Positions 41,437-54,988 of a stretch of DNA of 64,000 nt are shown piece by piece. The stretch's first letter is position 1, and the number at the start of each line of letters is the position of its first letter. The translations under genes and the position numbers were made by a program. The stretch comes from Eledone cirrhosa. Taxonomy: Eukaryota. Location: the NCBI GenBank assembly GCA_964016885.1, contig OZ024743.1:268646001-268710000 (forward strand), read 5' to 3'. The notes beneath the pieces are model-generated. The model did not search any database, was not told where the DNA came from, and saw only the letters and a program-made list of their open reading frames with translations.

Positions 41437-41754
41437 ATTTAATTTGTTGGGATAAACAAGCTAAAATATTTTTATAACTGATATAAAGCACTCAAACAAA
41501 TTATTAGAGTAAATATACAATATATTAACAAATGGAAACTATATTTATAAAACGATATTTAACGGTTGGAGCTTCCTGGATAGCTCCAACCGTTAAGTTT
41601 GCATTTTTTCAGGGTATGTCAATATTTATTTATAAAACTAATCTGTATTATATTTTATCTGATGAAAGCGCACCATAATCTGCCTTGGTGGCCCTTGAAA
41701 TATGTATAATAGAATAAATATTGTTTTATAAATATAGTTTCCATTTGTTAATAT

Positions 41755-41762
<8 letters not shown>
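41437..41762. mobile_element. Solo fold-back pseudo-LTR related to the Penelope-like element, with HHR at 41651-41716
   Basis: 41437-41560 resembles 24010-24130. HHR: TATTTTAT-CTGATGA-AAG..CACCA..TGGTG..CTT-GAAA-TATGTA-TA-ATAGAATA. Hairpin TTAACGGTTGGAGCT..AGCTCCAACCGTTAA at the junction. Confidence 0.85.
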
Positions 41763-41809
<47 letters not shown>

Positions 41810-41815
<6 letters not shown>

Positions 41816-42250
41816 GGAAAACATGAAACGAAATTTCATTTCCCACACTTAGTACGGCTGTTACTTAAATAAAAGTATTTACACGTACATACATATATGT
41901 ATACAGACGTACAGAAGTATGTATATATATATACATACATGCACACATATATATATGTACGTATGGATTCACCGAACATTTATTATAATGCTCGGTGTGT
42001 TTGTAAACAAACATCCCGTATTAAGCCGTAGTGTCTAGCAACCATCGTTGCTCGTTTGTTCAACACTGATAAAGGAACGCTGTACTAGTTTCAAGCTTAT
42101 TAGCTATCGTCAGCAACGTATACCTTCCTGCCAGATTGTTGAAAGTATATACTTATCTTATGCATATTAACAGCTGAGTAGCCCAATTTGCATATCGAGT
42201 GGGTTAATCGGCCGGGTGCACCGAAAACGATAAACGGAAAAAATGAAAAA
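41810..42250 (-). mobile_element. Retrozyme family A monomer (~420 bp) with a short terminal redundancy; HHR at 42073-42125
   Basis: ATAAACGGAAAA.ATGAAA at both ends; HHR stem I ACGTTG/CAGCGT, CTGACGA, GAAA-CTAG-TA. Confidence 0.88.
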
Positions 42251-42258
42251 ATGAAAAA

Positions 42259-42289
<31 letters not shown>

Positions 42290-42473
42290 GTAAGCTGTGT
42301 CTAGGTGAATAGATAGTCCGCGTATGATTTGACGAATTTCGAGTGTGAGTACAGTTTATTTGGTAGGGGTCATGGGTACAGGTTTGCCTTCAGTTTAGGG
42401 TATTTGCTGATGGTGAGTAGAATGATTGCAGCAATAAATAACGTTCTTATTTGCATATATATTTATATATATC

Positions 42474-43380
42474 CCCCTCCGCTTCCGTGGTATTTTCTTC
42501 GGGGTTATAAGAGGCTTAGCTCTGTTTCTCGACCGTTATATCGCGTGACTATCTCCCCCTTCGCCTTTTGGGATTCTTTCTCACGTCGTGTAGACGCGTT
42601 CTTGAGACTAGTAAAATGAGGTATCCTCTTGATAATTCGGCAGACCTCGCAAGGACTCTATATCTTTATGATGTATTGTTTTTGTTTATGCCACGAAACT
42701 ACGTAGTCGAGGAATTTAGGAGCAGTTTAGGTATGATACATTTTATTACTAATTATATCTAAATGTTTCTTCTCTCTTTATAATGTATTTTTAACTCTGA
42801 TACTGGTTCAGTCTGGTTCAACCGGATTGGTCTGTCCCAGTCATTCATTGAGCAACATCGGTGAAGTTGGCACCCTTAACTCACGGTTGGGTGCGGATGC
42901 ATTCATGTATATGTGTGTGTCCGCATGTATCTGTGTTTCTAAATATATTGTTAATAACTCCCTCTTGTCGAGCAATCTTTGAGGTGTGGGGACTGCTGGA
43001 AAGCTTCCATTACTCATACTTCTCGCCTCCTTCACCACCTCTTCTACGGCTTCGATATAAATACGCCCTCCGCCTCCGTGGTATTTTCTTCGGGGTTATA
43101 ATAGGCTTAGCTCTGTTTCTCGACCGTTATATCGCGTGACTATCTCCCCCTCCGCCTTTTGGGATTCTTTCTCACGTCGTGTAGACGCGTTCTTGAGACT
43201 AGTAAAATGAGGTATCCTCTTGATAAGTCGGCAGACCTCGCAAGGACTCTATATCTTTATGATGTATTGTTTTTGTTTATGCCACGAAACTACGTAGTCG
43301 AGGAATTTAGGAGCAGTTTAGGTATGATACATTTTATTACTAATTATATCTAAATGTTTCTTCTCTCTTCATAATGTATA
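42474..43380 (+). mobile_element. Retrozyme family B: 1.5 units with a 591-bp period, one HHR per unit
   Basis: ~315-bp direct repeat 42474-42788 / 43066-43380; HHR motifs at 42624-42713 and 43215-43304. Confidence 0.85.
43215..43304 (+). ncRNA. Type I hammerhead ribozyme with U3-A8 core variant
   Basis: TCCTC-TTGATAA-GT(C)GGCA..TGCCAC-GAAA-CTACGTAG-TC-GAGGA. Confidence 0.8.
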
Positions 43381-43399
43381 TATATGTATATATATACAC

Positions 43400-43660
43400 A
43401 AGCAACCGATGTGTACTTAAGAAATTACTATATATTTTCAACCGTTCAGCAGACTCGCAGAGGTATGCAGTCCTGATGAAGGATAATGACCCAGAAACAT
43501 GTTGATTGTTCCTCAAATCCACTGTTGAACAAACAGTCGACGATCTGTCACCGGCACGGCACAGCGTCAAATCGTGCCGTTTGTCTACAAACGAATTGAA
43601 CATTATTATCAATGTTCGACATAACCCATACGTACATATGTATATACGTATATGTGTGTA
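43400..43660 (+). mobile_element. Highly diverged retrozyme family A relative with HHR at 43460-43514
   Basis: GAGG-TAT-GCAGTC-CTGATGA-AGGAT-AATG-ACCCA-GAAA-CATG-TT-GATTGT-T-CCTC; downstream GTTGAACAAA and AACATTAT..AATGTTCG..AACCCATACGTAC blocks shared with family A. Confidence 0.78.
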
Positions 43661-43784
<124 letters not shown>

Positions 43785-43940
43785 AGCGTGTGTGTGTACT
43801 TATATGTATATATACACACATATATATATATATATATATCAAATTACAAAATATGAGGAAATAATAGCCAAAAATATACCTATTTTTTCTTCAAAGTCCC
43901 GGCTGTAGTTTCGCCGATATGTGTGCATCGATTCTGCACT

Positions 43941-44121
43941 ATTGGCAGTATTGGTAGAGGGTCGGACGCCATGGTTTGACGTATAGAGTTACGGCCCTTG
44001 CCATTCTGAGTTCAAATCCCGCCAAGGTTAACTTTGCCTTTCATCCTTACGGGATCGATAAAATAAAGTACCAGTAATGCACTGTTTAATTGCTGGCCTT
44101 GTGCCTAAAGTAGAAACAACT
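43941..44121 (+). mobile_element. Deu/Nin-like tRNA SINE
   Basis: Family consensus match. Confidence 0.85.
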
Positions 44122-44761
44122 CTTTCATTATATATATTTATATAACAAAGCGAGTACAAGACATGGAACTGAAGCAAGGCAAAACGAAAAATAGTTTTTA
44201 AGGGGAAACCTTAAAATATATTTATCACTACGACCACTTCACCTACACCACCACCATCACCACGACTACTTCACCTACACCATTACACCACCACCGTTAT
44301 CATCATCATCACCATTACCACTTCACCACCACCACCGTTATCATCATTTTCAGCCTCATCACTATTACCACTTCACCAACACCACCACCACCACCACCAC
44401 CACTTCACCTACACCACTACACCACCACCGTTATCATCATCATCAGCCTCATCACCATTACCACATCACCACCACCATCACCACCACCACCGTTGTCATC
44501 ATCATCAGCCTCATCCCCATTACCACTTCACCACCACCACTACCAACTACAACACCACCACCCCCACCACCAACTACAACACCAACAGTATCCCCACCAC
44601 CATCATTATCTATATTGACGCTCGTATCAAGTTAGTCAGTTAGTGTTCACCTAATTAGATTAATATACAGAAATATGTGTTGACCAATTTATGGGAATGA
44701 ATTCAGTTCTATAGATTACATCATTGGTAGGCTTATAACACACACTCACACACACTCCCAG

Positions 44762-44818
<57 letters not shown>

Positions 44819-45286
44819 TACATACACACATACAGACATTCACGCACACACACACACACACACACATACATATACACGCAGACACCCACACACACCCACA
44901 TACACGCATACACACACACACACTCACACATACATACTGACACGCGAAGAATACAGACACATAGACTCATACATTCACACACACACACACACACTGACAC
45001 ACATACACACACACGCAGACACAAACACACACACATACACACATACATATACGCACACGCAGACACAAACACACACATATATATATATACACACAAGCGC
45101 AAACACACTCAAACACATACACACACGCAAACACAGACACACATATATATAGACACACCCATACTCACACACACACATACAAACACACATACAGGCTCGC
45201 ATACACACGCAAACAGTTGCAGGAACCTACAACACATACCAGCACAGAAAAATACAAACACACACAAGTACACACAGTAATACACG

Positions 45287-45380
<94 letters not shown>

Positions 45381-45720
45381 TACACATGAATATGCTTATA
45401 CACGCTGAAGACACACGCACACTCGCACATATACAAATACAGGCACATGGACACACAAAGACACGCGCAAGCCTATAAATATTTACACACATATGCGCCG
45501 AAATGCGCTTGCATGCGCATATATAAAATACATACCCACGTACATGCATCTATACATTTGCACAATTGTGTGCATTTGTGCGCATGTCTCTGTGGGTGTA
45601 TGTGTGTGGCTTGCAGTGTGGGTGTGTGTTTATAAACTCACACATGTATACATATTTATGCTTTTCTATCAGTGTCAGTTTGTTTTACTCTCTCTCTCTC
45701 CCTCTCTCTTATATATATAC

Positions 45721-45769
<49 letters not shown>

Positions 45770-45896
45770 TGTGCGCGTGTGTGTGTATGTGTGTGTGTGT
45801 GTCTGTGTGTGGCGTGTGACTGTGAGTCCCGGGTTTAATGGGAGATAACCACAGTAAGTAAGGTACCGAATACTTTTGTAGAATGTAAACATCAAA

Positions 45897-45997
45897 TTTA
45901 ATATAGAAATGGCTTCTACGGGACTAGAACTGTTTTATTCGATTGAAACCATCGAATGAAGCAGTTCTAGTCCTGTAGAAGCCATTTCTATATTAAA
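45897..45997. mobile_element. ~100-bp fold-back palindrome next to (TA)n; same family as 63171-63289
   Basis: TTTAATATAGAAATGGCTTCTAC.GGACTAGAACTG..CAGTTCTAGTCC.GTAGAAGCCATTTCTATATTAAA. Confidence 0.8.
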
Positions 45998-46189
45998 TTA
46001 TTTATATATATATATTATATATATATATGGGATAACACCTTATCGTTTTAGGTAATCCAGTTAGAGGTTGTGAGTACTCTGTATTGTGGATAGTTTTAAA
46101 ATACGGCTTTGTTTGACTCAACAAGGGGTTTCCATGGTTAGGTAACGAGTTTGTGAGAATTTCTATGCAGGTCATTCTTGGAGTAATAG

Positions 46190-46489
46190 TAGTGAAAGAG
46201 TGAAGAATAACATGGTCGGCTGTACAAAAAGGGTTTTATTTCTAGTATTAACAATTGTTTCATTTATCAGGTGAGTCTAAAGGTCGCTAATCACTCGAAG
46301 TTGCCTCTCTCGACCTTAAATACAGTATTCTGATGATTTGATCAGAGGCAAACACTGTATTTAAGGTCGAGTGACGCAACTTTGAGTGATTAGCGGCCTT
46401 TAGACTCACCTGATCAATGAAACAATTGTTAATACTAGAAAAAAAAACCTTTTTGTACAGCCGACCATGTTATTCTACAATCTTTCACT
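46190..46489. mobile_element. 300-bp fold-back element ending in (TA)n
   Basis: 46190-46326 is the reverse complement of 46354-46489. Confidence 0.88.
46324..46436 (+). ncRNA. Type I hammerhead ribozyme with a 64-nt insert in loop II
   Basis: AGTATT-CTGATGA-T TTGATCAG..(64 nt)..CTGATCAA T-GAAA-CAATTG-TT-AATACT. Confidence 0.85.
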
Positions 46490-46506
46490 ATATATATATA
46501 TATATG

Positions 46507-46564
<58 letters not shown>

Positions 46565-47059
46565 AATCGAGAGAGCTTTAGAAAGGGAGAGAGCGGGAGT
46601 GGTAGAGAAAGTGAGGGGAGTTGACACCCACAACTCAACTTCTACATTTTCGATCTCCAAAAGGAGAAAGACAAAGTTTCCATCGGTCGAATTTGAACTC
46701 AGTACACAGATAACTGAAACAATTACCGTAATACATTATATCTGACTTCCTAACGACACAGCCTATTCGTATTCTCTTAAATACAAATAAATGGTTTTAA
46801 AAGGAAATGAGACGTGTGAGCTAGATATAAATTATTAGCTGTCCAGCAAAAAGCTACAGCTTCTGAATAATAAACCTGAAGTTATATTAGTTATATAGAA
46901 ATAAGCAGAAAATTATTAATATAATTAAGTTTACATCACCCAAACCTGCGAATTAGAGAGGGGTTGCGCCATGAAATTTACAAGGGGGTAGATTAATAAC
47001 TACATAATGCGGAATCACACAAAAAAAAATTCTAAGCAGGAAAATATGCGTAAATTTCA

Positions 47060-47280
47060 GATTATTGATGTTACCATCCCACAAAAATATAGCGTTTAAA
47101 AAAATTGAAAAGATACCGAATTACACTGAATAAGATAGAAATCGATCGAATTTGGTCAATACCAATTAACAATGCCAAGATAATTGGTGTTGTCATCGGA
47201 GCTTTGGGCTGGTTACTTTTAAAACCCTGATAGTATCTTGGGCGTAAACAAATTACTCTCCTACAAGAGACGCGCACACC
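47060..47280 (+). pseudogene. R4/Dong-like non-LTR retrotransposon C-terminal (restriction-like endonuclease) remnant
   Basis: Frameshifted IIDVTIP..EKIPNY..IEIDRIW..IIGVVIGALG. Confidence 0.6.
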
Positions 47281-47399
47281 TTTTTACAGTCGAGTTAAAA
47301 CTGTAGACGAAGTAGCCTGAACGCATGGTTTCCTATCATCACCCACGGCAGATTCTCTCCTTTGCTTCGTATTCCTCGAGAGTGGTGCTGATCAACTCA

Positions 47400-48330
47400 A
47401 TATGTTTGCTGTTCGACACCAATACGGTAAAGTCTTCGGCAGACACTACACCCCAGACAAAGCGGTGTTTCCGCTCTGCCCCGCGGACAAAATGGAACAA
47501 GCATTACCTTGGAGAATCGGCCAGAGACACCCGATGCAACAGGGCTCCTTTCTGAAGCAGGTTGCTGTCTTTCTGATATTACAGAGAAAATCAGCAGTGC
47601 GGGGACCAAGGAAAACAGAATCTCGACGGAAAACGGTTCAAAGAGGACGCGGTCGGTCAAGACCCGGTATTTAACTATCTCCTCTGCATTGTGGGCAATG
47701 GAGTTTGGATTTATGGCCGAAGTGACAATCTGGAAACTGAGAATGAGTCACAGTACGTCGCGTCAGGAAGTAGGAATGTGTCTCCCTTGGAAGGGAAGAT
47801 TAATCCGGGGCGCTTGACATCCCTACAGTCAAGGCCAGCCGGCTCCAATTGTGACAGGAAAATGGCTCCATGGGTTTCCTTTCAATTATGTCGTTAAGAG
47901 GGGGTGTCAGGGGAGTTGAGCTGCACTAAGGCGGCAATATAACGGGTGCAGACTGAACTGGTCAACAACTGCTCACAAACGCGGAAACCGAGGCGATATG
48001 TCACTCCAATGCGGGCGCACTCATCATCAAGAAAGGTACCGATTGATGAGGAAGGCACCGAATTGAGCCAAGTGCCATTGTTTGGTATGAGACCAAGGAA
48101 GTTTTGATGCGCCTGAAGGTGGACTTGCACCTGACTATATACCAGTTACGTTGGGAAATGGTATAATGGGGGACGGCAGACCCTTCCTCTGTCCAACCAG
48201 CCAGAGCTGACTCCAGTTCCCAGTCAACATCAGGTTCTATCGTCTTGCGGTGGATCTCATTGATGAGGGTGCGGCTTAAGGTGATTGAGAAGAGATAGAC
48301 CAGCAACGCCAAGTCAAGAGTGGATTGGAA
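47400..48330 (-). pseudogene. CRE-like non-LTR retrotransposon 3' remnant
   Basis: GTWLNSVP..IGTFLDD..RIGVTYRLG, LEPAGL..KRP, DATYCDSF, AEE..KY..LFEPFSVE motifs with frameshifts. Confidence 0.7.
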
Positions 48331-48666
48331 TTTCCTTTGCCTCGCACGGTTTGATGATTTACCAGCTGTTTGTCTCTTACATTCTACGGAATGCCCACAG
48401 ATCCGTTCAGTGAGTGGGTCTGCTTGATCAACCGTGTTCTTAAAGCAAATTTTTTCTTCGTTTTAATGTTTTAAATGACTTCTAATTTAGCCTTTAATGG
48501 CTCCAGATAAACTAAAGTCAACTAACCAAAACCAGCCGGCCAATATAGCTACAAAACAGTCAAAGATTTAAAACAGATAATGTTTTTGAACAAGATGAAA
48601 AAACGACAACTTACACAGCGTTTTTGTGTCAACAAGTGTCAACAAGTGTCAACAAAGGCTACCGAA

Positions 48667-48853
48667 TAATAATTGTTTCTACTTTTGGCACAATGCCAGC
48701 AATTACACCAGTGCATCACTGGTGCTTTGTTTCATCGACGCCGTAAGGATGAAATGCAAAGCTAACTTCGGCGGGATTTGAACTCAGAACGTAAATGGCT
48801 ATAACTCTATACTGCAAAGCATGGTGTCTGACACTCTAACGATACTGCCAAAT
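48667..48853 (-). mobile_element. Deu/Nin-like tRNA SINE
   Basis: Family consensus match; further partial copies at 12437-12570, 13808-13901, 51650-51790, 58378-58494, 61570-61680. Confidence 0.8.
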
Positions 48854-49090
48854 TATAATAATCGTAGTAGTAGTATTAGTAGTAGTTATTGTTGTTGTTG
48901 TTGTTGTTGTTTGTTTCACTCATTGATGATATTTTCGTATTTTTCTTGTTGCAATTAACTCCTAGATATTCGATAATTCTTCTATAATTTCAAAGTAATT
49001 AACACTGCAGTATAGGTATATATGTATGTATGTATGTAAGTGTAAGTGTGCATGTATAGATGGATATATATTTATGCATGTTTGTATATG

Positions 49091-49130
<40 letters not shown>

Positions 49131-49158
49131 TATATATATATCCTCGGTAGTATAGTGG

Positions 49159-49226
<68 letters not shown>

Positions 49227-49747
49227 TATATATAGAGTTTGATATTATATCTACAAAAATAAAAATATAAACAGCCATTTGAAAAATAAGACATAAAAAT
49301 TCTATGAAAACGTCTATGCAAGAGATACCTATATAAACAAACATACTAAAATTTCAGTGTGAATAAGAAAATAAATATTTAAAAGAAAACTATAATATAA
49401 ACTAGAAAGACGATACAAAACAAATGTAATAATTTGTAAAATGAGCTTTGTGTTATCTTGTAAATGAGTTTGAATAAATATTTCATATCACAAATGAAAA
49501 TTTCATCGAGGCAAGTAACGTTTATAGGAAGTAAATTACTGTCATAAATATGATGGTGGTGGTGGTCGTCGTGGTGGTGGTGGTGGTGTCTATAATGAGG
49601 GAGATATGGAGATTATAGTTATAGATTTATATATATATATATATAGGTTTATGTATATGTTTATATATACATATATATGTTTATATGTTTATATATATAT
49701 ATATGTTTATATATATATGTATATACATATATATGTTTATATATATG

Positions 49748-49818
<71 letters not shown>

Positions 49819-52514
49819 TTGTACGTATGTATGCGTGTGTGCTGTTTAGTTTTCTGTGCAACACCATGCATACACACACACACACACACACACGACCCCC
49901 CCCCCCCCCCCCCCCCCCGAAAACTTAACAAATTAGTATTATAGATGCATTTAATTTATTAACGTTTCCGAAATCATGTATTCATCATTGGGTGACTGGT
50001 ACGATTGACATAGGGTACCTGGCAGTTAGAGTTGTCCGCCCTTACTATTCTTGTCTATCTTAGTGGTTGAAACCAATGGTTAAAAAATATAGCTACTATG
50101 AGAAATATTTGAAGCCGGTCACTGATGAGCCTCAACACAAGGCATATATTCCACCAGATGTAGTTATATTTACTACGTTAGAACGTCGGATAGAATGGAC
50201 TTTGCGTTCAAACACCCCTGGGGTCAACTTTACATTTCATTTTTACACGGTTAATAAAAGTCAATCCAGTACTGAAGCTCAGATTTGAACTCAGTGTACA
50301 CTGAGCATAACAAATATCACGAGGCACTTCATCCTTCATTCCAGCGACGCTGCTAATTCGTCACACATCAAGGACTAGGTTGTTGAATGTTTCCATTTAT
50401 ATTTATGACGGTATGATCTGAATTGAAGTAGATTTGGCCGGCATTTCTAGCATCTCAATTGATAGCGCAGATGTTACTTAAACTTGATAAACATGTTGCC
50501 GCAATTTCGGTTCTATTGCGCAGCATAGATAGAGTAAGAAAAAAATCTCCAAGCAATACCAATGAATACAAACAGAGTTCCAATAAAGCTGCAAATGCCG
50601 CAGGAATTATAGGCTTGCCTATCTTTGATATTCGTTGCTGATTCAGGCATTTCAAATTTCTTCAATTTCGTACACTCCAAGTCCAACGAAGCTATTCACG
50701 AAATCACAAGCATCAGAAATTGTAAATGAAAACGCATGCATGTATGCAAGTGTACATATAAGCACATATATGCCAATGTGAATACACGAGCTTCTACGTA
50801 TCCGTTCTAGCTACACACAATAACAACAAAAATAAAACTTATATTATTAACATTTAATATCCACGTACAATACATCCATGCAATATTCACATGCAATATT
50901 TCCGTGTAATATTCTCATGAAATATTATTATATAAGTAATATACCCTCGCAGTTTCCACATATCGTTGAAATAATAAACTAGTGTTGTTTGTATTAAAGC
51001 CACATATGTATATTTACTTTGGTTAACGTTGCTGTTGTTGGTGGTGGTGGTGATGATGGTGGTGGTGGTGGTGGTGGTGGTGGTGGTGGTGGTGATGGTG
51101 GTCGTCACGTCGTTGTGGCTGTCAAGGCGACGGCAGCGCTAGTGATGATGACAGGATGTTAGTGGTAATAGCGGTGACAGTGAATGTGATGATGATGGAG
51201 GTGGTGTCGATGAAACTGGATGTTGTTAGTGATGGTGGTGATGATCATGGTACTGTTGGTAGTGGTGTTGGTTTGGAAGTTAGTAGTGGTGGTGGTGGTG
51301 GTGGTGGTGGTGGTGGTGGTGGTGATGGTGGTGGTGGTGGTGTTGGTGGTGGTGGTAAGTGTTATATTACAGTAATCGTGGCTGCATTAATAATATTGCT
51401 GATGGCAATGTTGAGTGAGATGCTGGTGGTGGTAGTGGAAGTGGTGGAAGTGATGGTAGGATTGCTGATGGAGGTTTAGTTGTATTCATGATGATGTTAA
51501 TGTTGATGTTGGTTTTAACCGAAGTCAACCATCTAAAGAGCAGAAATCTTACCAAAGGCATTTCAAATATTACCGCCCTGTCTTCTTTACTTTTTCCAAT
51601 CTATATTATTTAATCGGTCAAAATGTTTTCCGTATTTGTCCTGGTTCTATACATTGTAATTTCAAATTCTGTTACGGTCAACTTTGCATTTCATCCTTTG
51701 GTGGTTGATGAAATAAAGTACCAGTTAAGAACTGGTTTGATGTAATTTAATTGTCATTGCACCTAAATTGCTGGCCTTGAGCCTAAATTAGGAATAAATA
51801 CGATTACCGTTTCATGTTATACAGTACGTCGGACTGTCCTTGGAGGGTTCGATGAAAGCAGCAATTTTAAAACGGGTAAGTGGTAGACAAATGGACGCTG
51901 TAAATGATCTGACATTAATATTATCACAGAAGGGCGTAACAGATTCTCGGAGAGAGTGGAAGGGAGAGAGAAATAGAAAGAAACAGACAGATATGAATTG
52001 AATTCAAATTTTGACTCAGGTTGTGGCCTAATGGTGAGGATGTTAAACTTGGGTTCGTAATAATCATGTGTTGGCTTCTCGTTTTGGGTGGCGTGTTGAG
52101 TTATTTAGCAAAACCTTTCATTTCATGTAGATCCAATCAACTTTAAAAAAAAATGAATGCTGGGCTGCAGCTTCGAGTTAATAAATCGACAGCTTGTACT
52201 CTGAATCGCTTGATTCCGATAAAATCGGGATATGTTACAGCCTGACGAACATCCGGATATAAAATTGATTTTAACTCTACTTATCTACCACGGAAGGATA
52301 ACAGGAAAAGTTGTCTCCACGGAGGTATTTGAAATACCTTGTAATATTTTATCTGACGCTCTACCGTCTTATAATTTGAATGTGTTGGCTACTGTTTATA
52401 GTAGGTCGAGCTACTGCGTAGAGTCAACCACGCTGGTTTGTCTAAACGACGATGTTTGGGATAGTGCTGGAGACAGATTGGTGGATTGGTGCTTATATAT
52501 TTACCTGTTGTAAC

Positions 52515-52575
<61 letters not shown>

Positions 52576-52997
52576 CGGATGAGGAGGAGGAGCAGGAGGA
52601 AGAGTAGGAGGAGGAGTTGTGATAGCAGTAGAAATAGTGATGATTTCGGCGATGATGGTGGTGGTGATCATGGTAGTGGAAGTCATATGTGTGACGGGGT
52701 TGGGTGGAGATAGTGGTTAAAATGGTTTGTTGTGGCGGTGGTTATTGTAGTGGTAATAGTGGTGCTGCTGGTACTAATATTGGTAGGGGGTGAAGTGGTG
52801 GTCTTGATGATGGTGTCAGTGGTTGTACTGGTGGTGGTGGTGATGTAGGTAATGGTAGTGGCGTTTGTGATATATTGTGCGCTGGAAGTAGTAACTGTTG
52901 TTGTGGTGGTTGTGGTAGTGGTAATTATGGTGGTGGGGTGCTGGTATCGACAGTAATAGTGGTGTAATTCCAATAGATTTTAGTGTCGCAAGTTTTA

Positions 52998-53565
52998 CAA
53001 TAATTGTTTCTACTTTTGGCACAAGGCCAGCAACTATGCCAGTGTATTACTGGTACTTTATTTTATCGATCCCGTAAGGATGAAAAGCAAAGTTAACCTC
53101 GGCGGGATATGAACTCAGACCATAAAGGGCCGTAACTCTTTGATACAAAGCATGGTGTCCGACCCTCTACCAATACTGCCAATCCACCGCCTTGTAACAA
53201 TAATAATTTACTCCATTCCGTGCAACACAACAGACAACATCCCATTTGGCACAAGACCAGCAATTAACCAGTACATTACTGGTACTATATTTTATCGACC
53301 CCGTAAGTATGAAAGCCAAAGTTAACCTCGGCCGTAAAGGGACGTAACTATGCTGCAAAGCATGGCGTCCAACCCTCTACCGATACTGCCAATCCACCGC
53401 CCTGATAATAAACAGTAACAATAATAATTGTTTCTACATTTGGCACAAGACCAGCAATTATCCCAGTGTATTACTGGTACTTTATTTTATCGAACTCGGC
53501 AAAATTTGAACTCTGACCGCGAAGGGACGTAACTCTATGCTGCAAGGCATGGCGCCCGACCCTAA
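52998..53565 (-). mobile_element. Three head-to-tail Deu/Nin-like SINE copies
   Basis: Copies at ~52998-53192, 53244-53403, 53421-53565; the last two are internally deleted. Confidence 0.85.
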
Positions 53566-53577
53566 TGTCGATATGCT

Positions 53578-53671
53578 GATGTTGCAATTGTTGTTGTTGC
53601 TACTGTTGTTGTTGCTGTTGTTTCACAGGCTACTGTTGTTGTTGTTGCTGTTGTTTCACGTGCTACTGCTC

Positions 53672-53704
<33 letters not shown>

Positions 53705-54952
53705 CACATGCTACTGTTGTTGTTGTTGTTGCTGTTGTTTCACATGCTACTGTTGTTGTTGTTGTTTCACATGCTACTGCTGTTGTTGTTGTTGTTGTTG
53801 TTTCACATGCTACTGCTGTGTTGTTGTTGCTGTTGTTTCACATGCTACTGTTGTTGTTGTTGTTGTTGTTTCACATGCTACTGCTGTTGTTGTTGTTGTT
53901 GTTTCACATGCTACTGTTATTGTTGTTGTTGCTGTTGTTTCACATGCTACTGCTGTTGTTGTTGTTGTTGTTTCACATGCTACTGTTATTGTTGTTGTTG
54001 CTGTTGTTTCACATGCTACTGTTGTTGTTGTTGTTGTTGTTTCACATGCTACTGTTGTTGTTGTTGTTTCACATGCTACTGTTATTGTTGTTGTTGCTGT
54101 TGTTTCACATGCTACTGTTGTTGTTGTTGTTGTTGTTTCACATGCTACTGTTGTTGTTGTTGTTTCACATGCTACTGTTGTTGTTGTTGTTGCTGTTGTT
54201 TCACAGGCTACTGTTGTTGTTGTTGTTGTTGCTGTTGTTTCACAGGCTACTGTTGTTGTTGTTGTTGTTGCTGTTGTTTCACAGGCTACTGTTGTTGTTG
54301 TTGTTGCTGTTGTTTCACATGCTACTGTTGTTGTTGTTGTTGTTGTTGTTGTTGCTGTTGTTTCACATGATACTGCTGTTGTTGTTGTTGTTGTTTCACA
54401 TGCTACTACTGTTGTTGTTGATGTTTCACATGCTACTGTTGTTGTTTTTGTTGTTTCACATGCTACTGTTGATGTTGTTGTTGTTGTTGTTGATTCACAT
54501 GCTACTGTTGTTGTTGTTGTTGTTTCACATGCTACTATTGTTGTTGTTGTTGCTGTTGTTTCACATGCTACTGTTGTTGTTGTTGTTGTTGTTGTTTCAC
54601 ATGCTACTGTTGTTGTTGTCGATGCTGTTGTTTCACATGCTACTATTGTTGTTGTTGTTGTTGTTTCACATGCTACTGTTGTTGTTGTTGTTGTTGTTGC
54701 TGTTGTTTTACATGCTACTATTGCTGTTGTTGTTGTTGTTGTTGTTTCACATGCTATTGTTGTTGTTGTTGCTGTTGTTTCACATGTTACTGTTGTTGTT
54801 GTTGTTGTTGTTTCACATGCTACTACTCTTGTTGTTGTTGTTGTTTCACATGCTACTGTTTTTGTTGTTGTTGTTTCACATGCTACTGTTGTTGTTGTTG
54901 TTGTTGTTGTTTCACATGCTACTGTTCTTGTTGTTGTTGTTTCAGATGCTAC

Positions 54953-54988
<36 letters not shown>

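Noticed and set aside
50122-50150. CTGATGA-GCCT..AGGC hairpin resembling an HHR
   Set aside because: Followed by ATAT rather than GAAA; no stem I or III partner.
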